From contig NW_026262604.1 of NCBI RefSeq assembly GCF_021869535.1, forward strand, positions 6,138,001-6,202,000: a DNA stretch of 64,000 nucleotides, read 5' to 3'. Below, in pieces: positions 62,154 through 64,000 of the stretch. The DNA is from Mytilus californianus. Lineage: Eukaryota. Below the pieces are notes generated by a model. It did no database searches. It saw only the letters and a list, made by a program, of their open reading frames with translations, and was not told the origin of the DNA. The position numbers were made by a program, and so were the translations under genes. Every line of letters begins with the position of its first letter. The first letter of the stretch is position 1.

Positions 62154-63280
62154 CCCTTACAGAACTGAAATGTTTGCTGCAGATCTGCTGCAAACTTGCT
62201 GCAGGTCTGCTGCAAACGAAAAGCTTGCAGGAACCCTTTCAATAATGTTTGCAGATAATTGCAGCTAGCTGCAAACCTCCTGCAAACATTGCAGCTTTTT
62301 GCTGCAAGCTTGCGGCAAGTTTGCAGAAACAAAAATGTTTGCAGTAAGGTTGCAGGAAAAACTAGAATATAAGGGATGTTCGCAGCTAGATTGCAGAAAT
62401 CTTTGACAATTCTATATGTTTGCAAGAACATTGCAAGAACTACATAACATGACTGAGCATGCCTATTGGTAACTTCCTGATAGATAGAGATTTGAAATTT
62501 GAAAATGTTGATGGTGTTTGAGTCATGTTATATATTAGTGTTCACGGACGCATTTAAGTTTGGAATTAAAAGTTTAGTTTTCAAAGACATTATTTGTAAG
62601 TAAAAATTCTTCATAGAAGTACTAGTGTAATTTATAAAATTTTAGATATTCACGCATGCAATTTCATTTGAGCATGCATGTACAATGTACTTGAACAACA
62701 AATAAAAACCTTTAAACTAGTTTTCAAAGGTATTAACTTATGCTATGATAATTTTGCAAATGATAAAGTATTTGGATTATTGTATGTATGTATGTAACAT
62801 ATTTTTTTTCAGAATTTGCTGTGTAATATTAATAATGTGATGTGTACCAACAGTCAACATGACATTGGTTAATTGTGTAACGTATGTAGTTCCTGCAAGT
62901 TTGCAGCAAACACACAGGAGAAAGATTAATTTGAATATAAATGTTTGCCGCAGGTCTGCAGCAAACACGCAGCAGGTCTGCAGCAAACACGCAGGAGAAA
63001 AATTAATTTGCATAAAATGTTTGCAACAGGTCTGCAGCAAACACTCATTTGCATATTAATGTTTGCAGCAGGTCTGCAGCAAACTCTCATTTGCATATTA
63101 ATGTTTGCAGCAGGTCTGCAGCAAACACTCATTTGCATTGTAAATTGTTTGCGGCAGACCTGCAGCGTATTTGCAGCAAACATGCCGCAAATACAGACTC
63201 TATGTTTGCTGCAAGTCTGCAGCAAGTTCGCAGCAGACTTGCAGCAAATGTTTGCAGGAGGCTAATTTTTTCAGTAAGGG
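62154..63280. mobile_element. CMC/EnSpm-like MITE inserted into the LINE remnant
   Basis: Termini CCCTTAC(A/T)GAA / TTCAGTAAGGG with a 2-bp TSD CC. Dense TTTGCTGCAG / CTGCAGCAAAC subterminal repeats. Confidence 0.85.
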
Positions 63281-63744
63281 CCGGAGCCTCACAACTTTGG
63301 AACAGTTTTAATATTTTCATGATTTCAACATAGTGTTCTTCAGAAGACTGCTTTTGTAGCTCATGTACACAATAACTTTGCTGTCTCACAGCTGAAATCT
63401 TCTAGCCCGCCAGTGTTCTGTTTCATGATTGTTTGCTTTTGTTTTATTTATTTGCTATAGCTTTTGTCTTTGTGCCAGTTAAAGTAAAACATGTCTTTTC
63501 TTTTCTTTTTAGCTTGCTTGCATTTATTTATGCATGTTTGCTTAGCTATTATATATATTATGCATACATATGTTTTATTTGTATATATGTAGACAGGCTG
63601 TCAAATGATCTCAAATGTGCTTATAATTTGTTATTTGTGGGTTTTTTTTTTTAATATCTAGTTGGTTCAGAGCTCTACAGAGCTCATGATTACTGTGCTA
63701 AATTATACATATCATGCCGACTCTCAATAAAATCTACTTACTAC

Positions 63745-63778
63745 CAGGGACTTTCTATACTAGTATAGAAAGTCCCTG
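63745..63778. mobile_element. 34-bp perfect palindrome (17+17) with 7-bp TSD (P-element-like excision footprint, copy 2)
   Basis: TTACTAC|CAGGGACTTTCTATACT-AGTATAGAAAGTCCCTG|TTACTAT (TSD matches 6 of 7). Confidence 0.8.
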
Positions 63779-64000
63779 TTACTATACTTACTTATTTCTT
63801 ACTTACATTTAGTAAAGGAAACACTATTGTTAACTTTGTGCTCCATAGGTACATTTATTTAAAATTGATTATCGCCCTTCAACGGAATATGTAGATTGTC
63901 GCGCATCATTGCAAAGCAAAGAACTTTGAACTGCTTGAAGGTTTGTTAATTAATTAATATCATTGATTTTATAAATAGAAATAAGATGTGGTTCGAGTGC

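Larger units (their letters stand above)
61220..63810 (+). pseudogene. Fragmented CR1-group (L2/Crack/Daphne-like) LINE: RT N-terminal part, C-terminus and 3' UTR
   Basis: FNHFFVTLAKNIG; KINIKKATGIDGISPKL..VNLSLSTSVFPDSLKTAQVAPIHKK; KGNYRP; AFRAGFGCQSTLLRIIEDWKKPLD. After a deletion comes LPKPRTTMYGKRS..KLWNSLP and a terminal CFCSSC*. AATAAA and a (TACT)n-like tail follow. Stops and frameshifts are present. Confidence 0.85.

Noticed and set aside
62054-63389. Many overlapping Cys/Gln/Ala-rich ORFs on both strands
   Set aside because: They are generated by the CTGCAGCAAAC subterminal repeats of the CMC-like MITE.

Overview
AT-rich, repeat-dense animal genomic DNA. The repeat families resemble those of bivalves (Mytilus-like); this is an inference. 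The only host genes are three minus-strand C2H2 zinc-finger (ZNF) genes. A (6983-9044) has about 22 fingers, a premature TAG and two frameshifts. B (27965-29260) has 13-14 fingers and an intact ORF. C (41917-43975) has about 23 fingers, a decayed 5' part and one homopolymer frameshift. Each gene sits in a copy of an old tandem segmental duplication, and each copy was later filled with different transposons. These include Helentron-derived HINE-type elements with internal satellites, CMC/EnSpm-, hAT-, MULE-, Kolobok-, Harbinger- and Tc1-like non-autonomous elements with recognisable TIRs and target-site duplications (TSDs), a tRNA-SINE, hammerhead-ribozyme retro-elements and a broken CR1-group LINE. 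Three observations stand out. First, two 33-34 bp palindromes (17+17 bp of one TIR) with 7-bp TSDs match the geometry of P-element excision footprints. Second, a 42-bp minisatellite is an amplified half-finger plus stop codon from ZNF C's own 3' end. Third, paralogous ZNF arrays diverge mainly at DNA-contact residues and by 3-finger module duplication.
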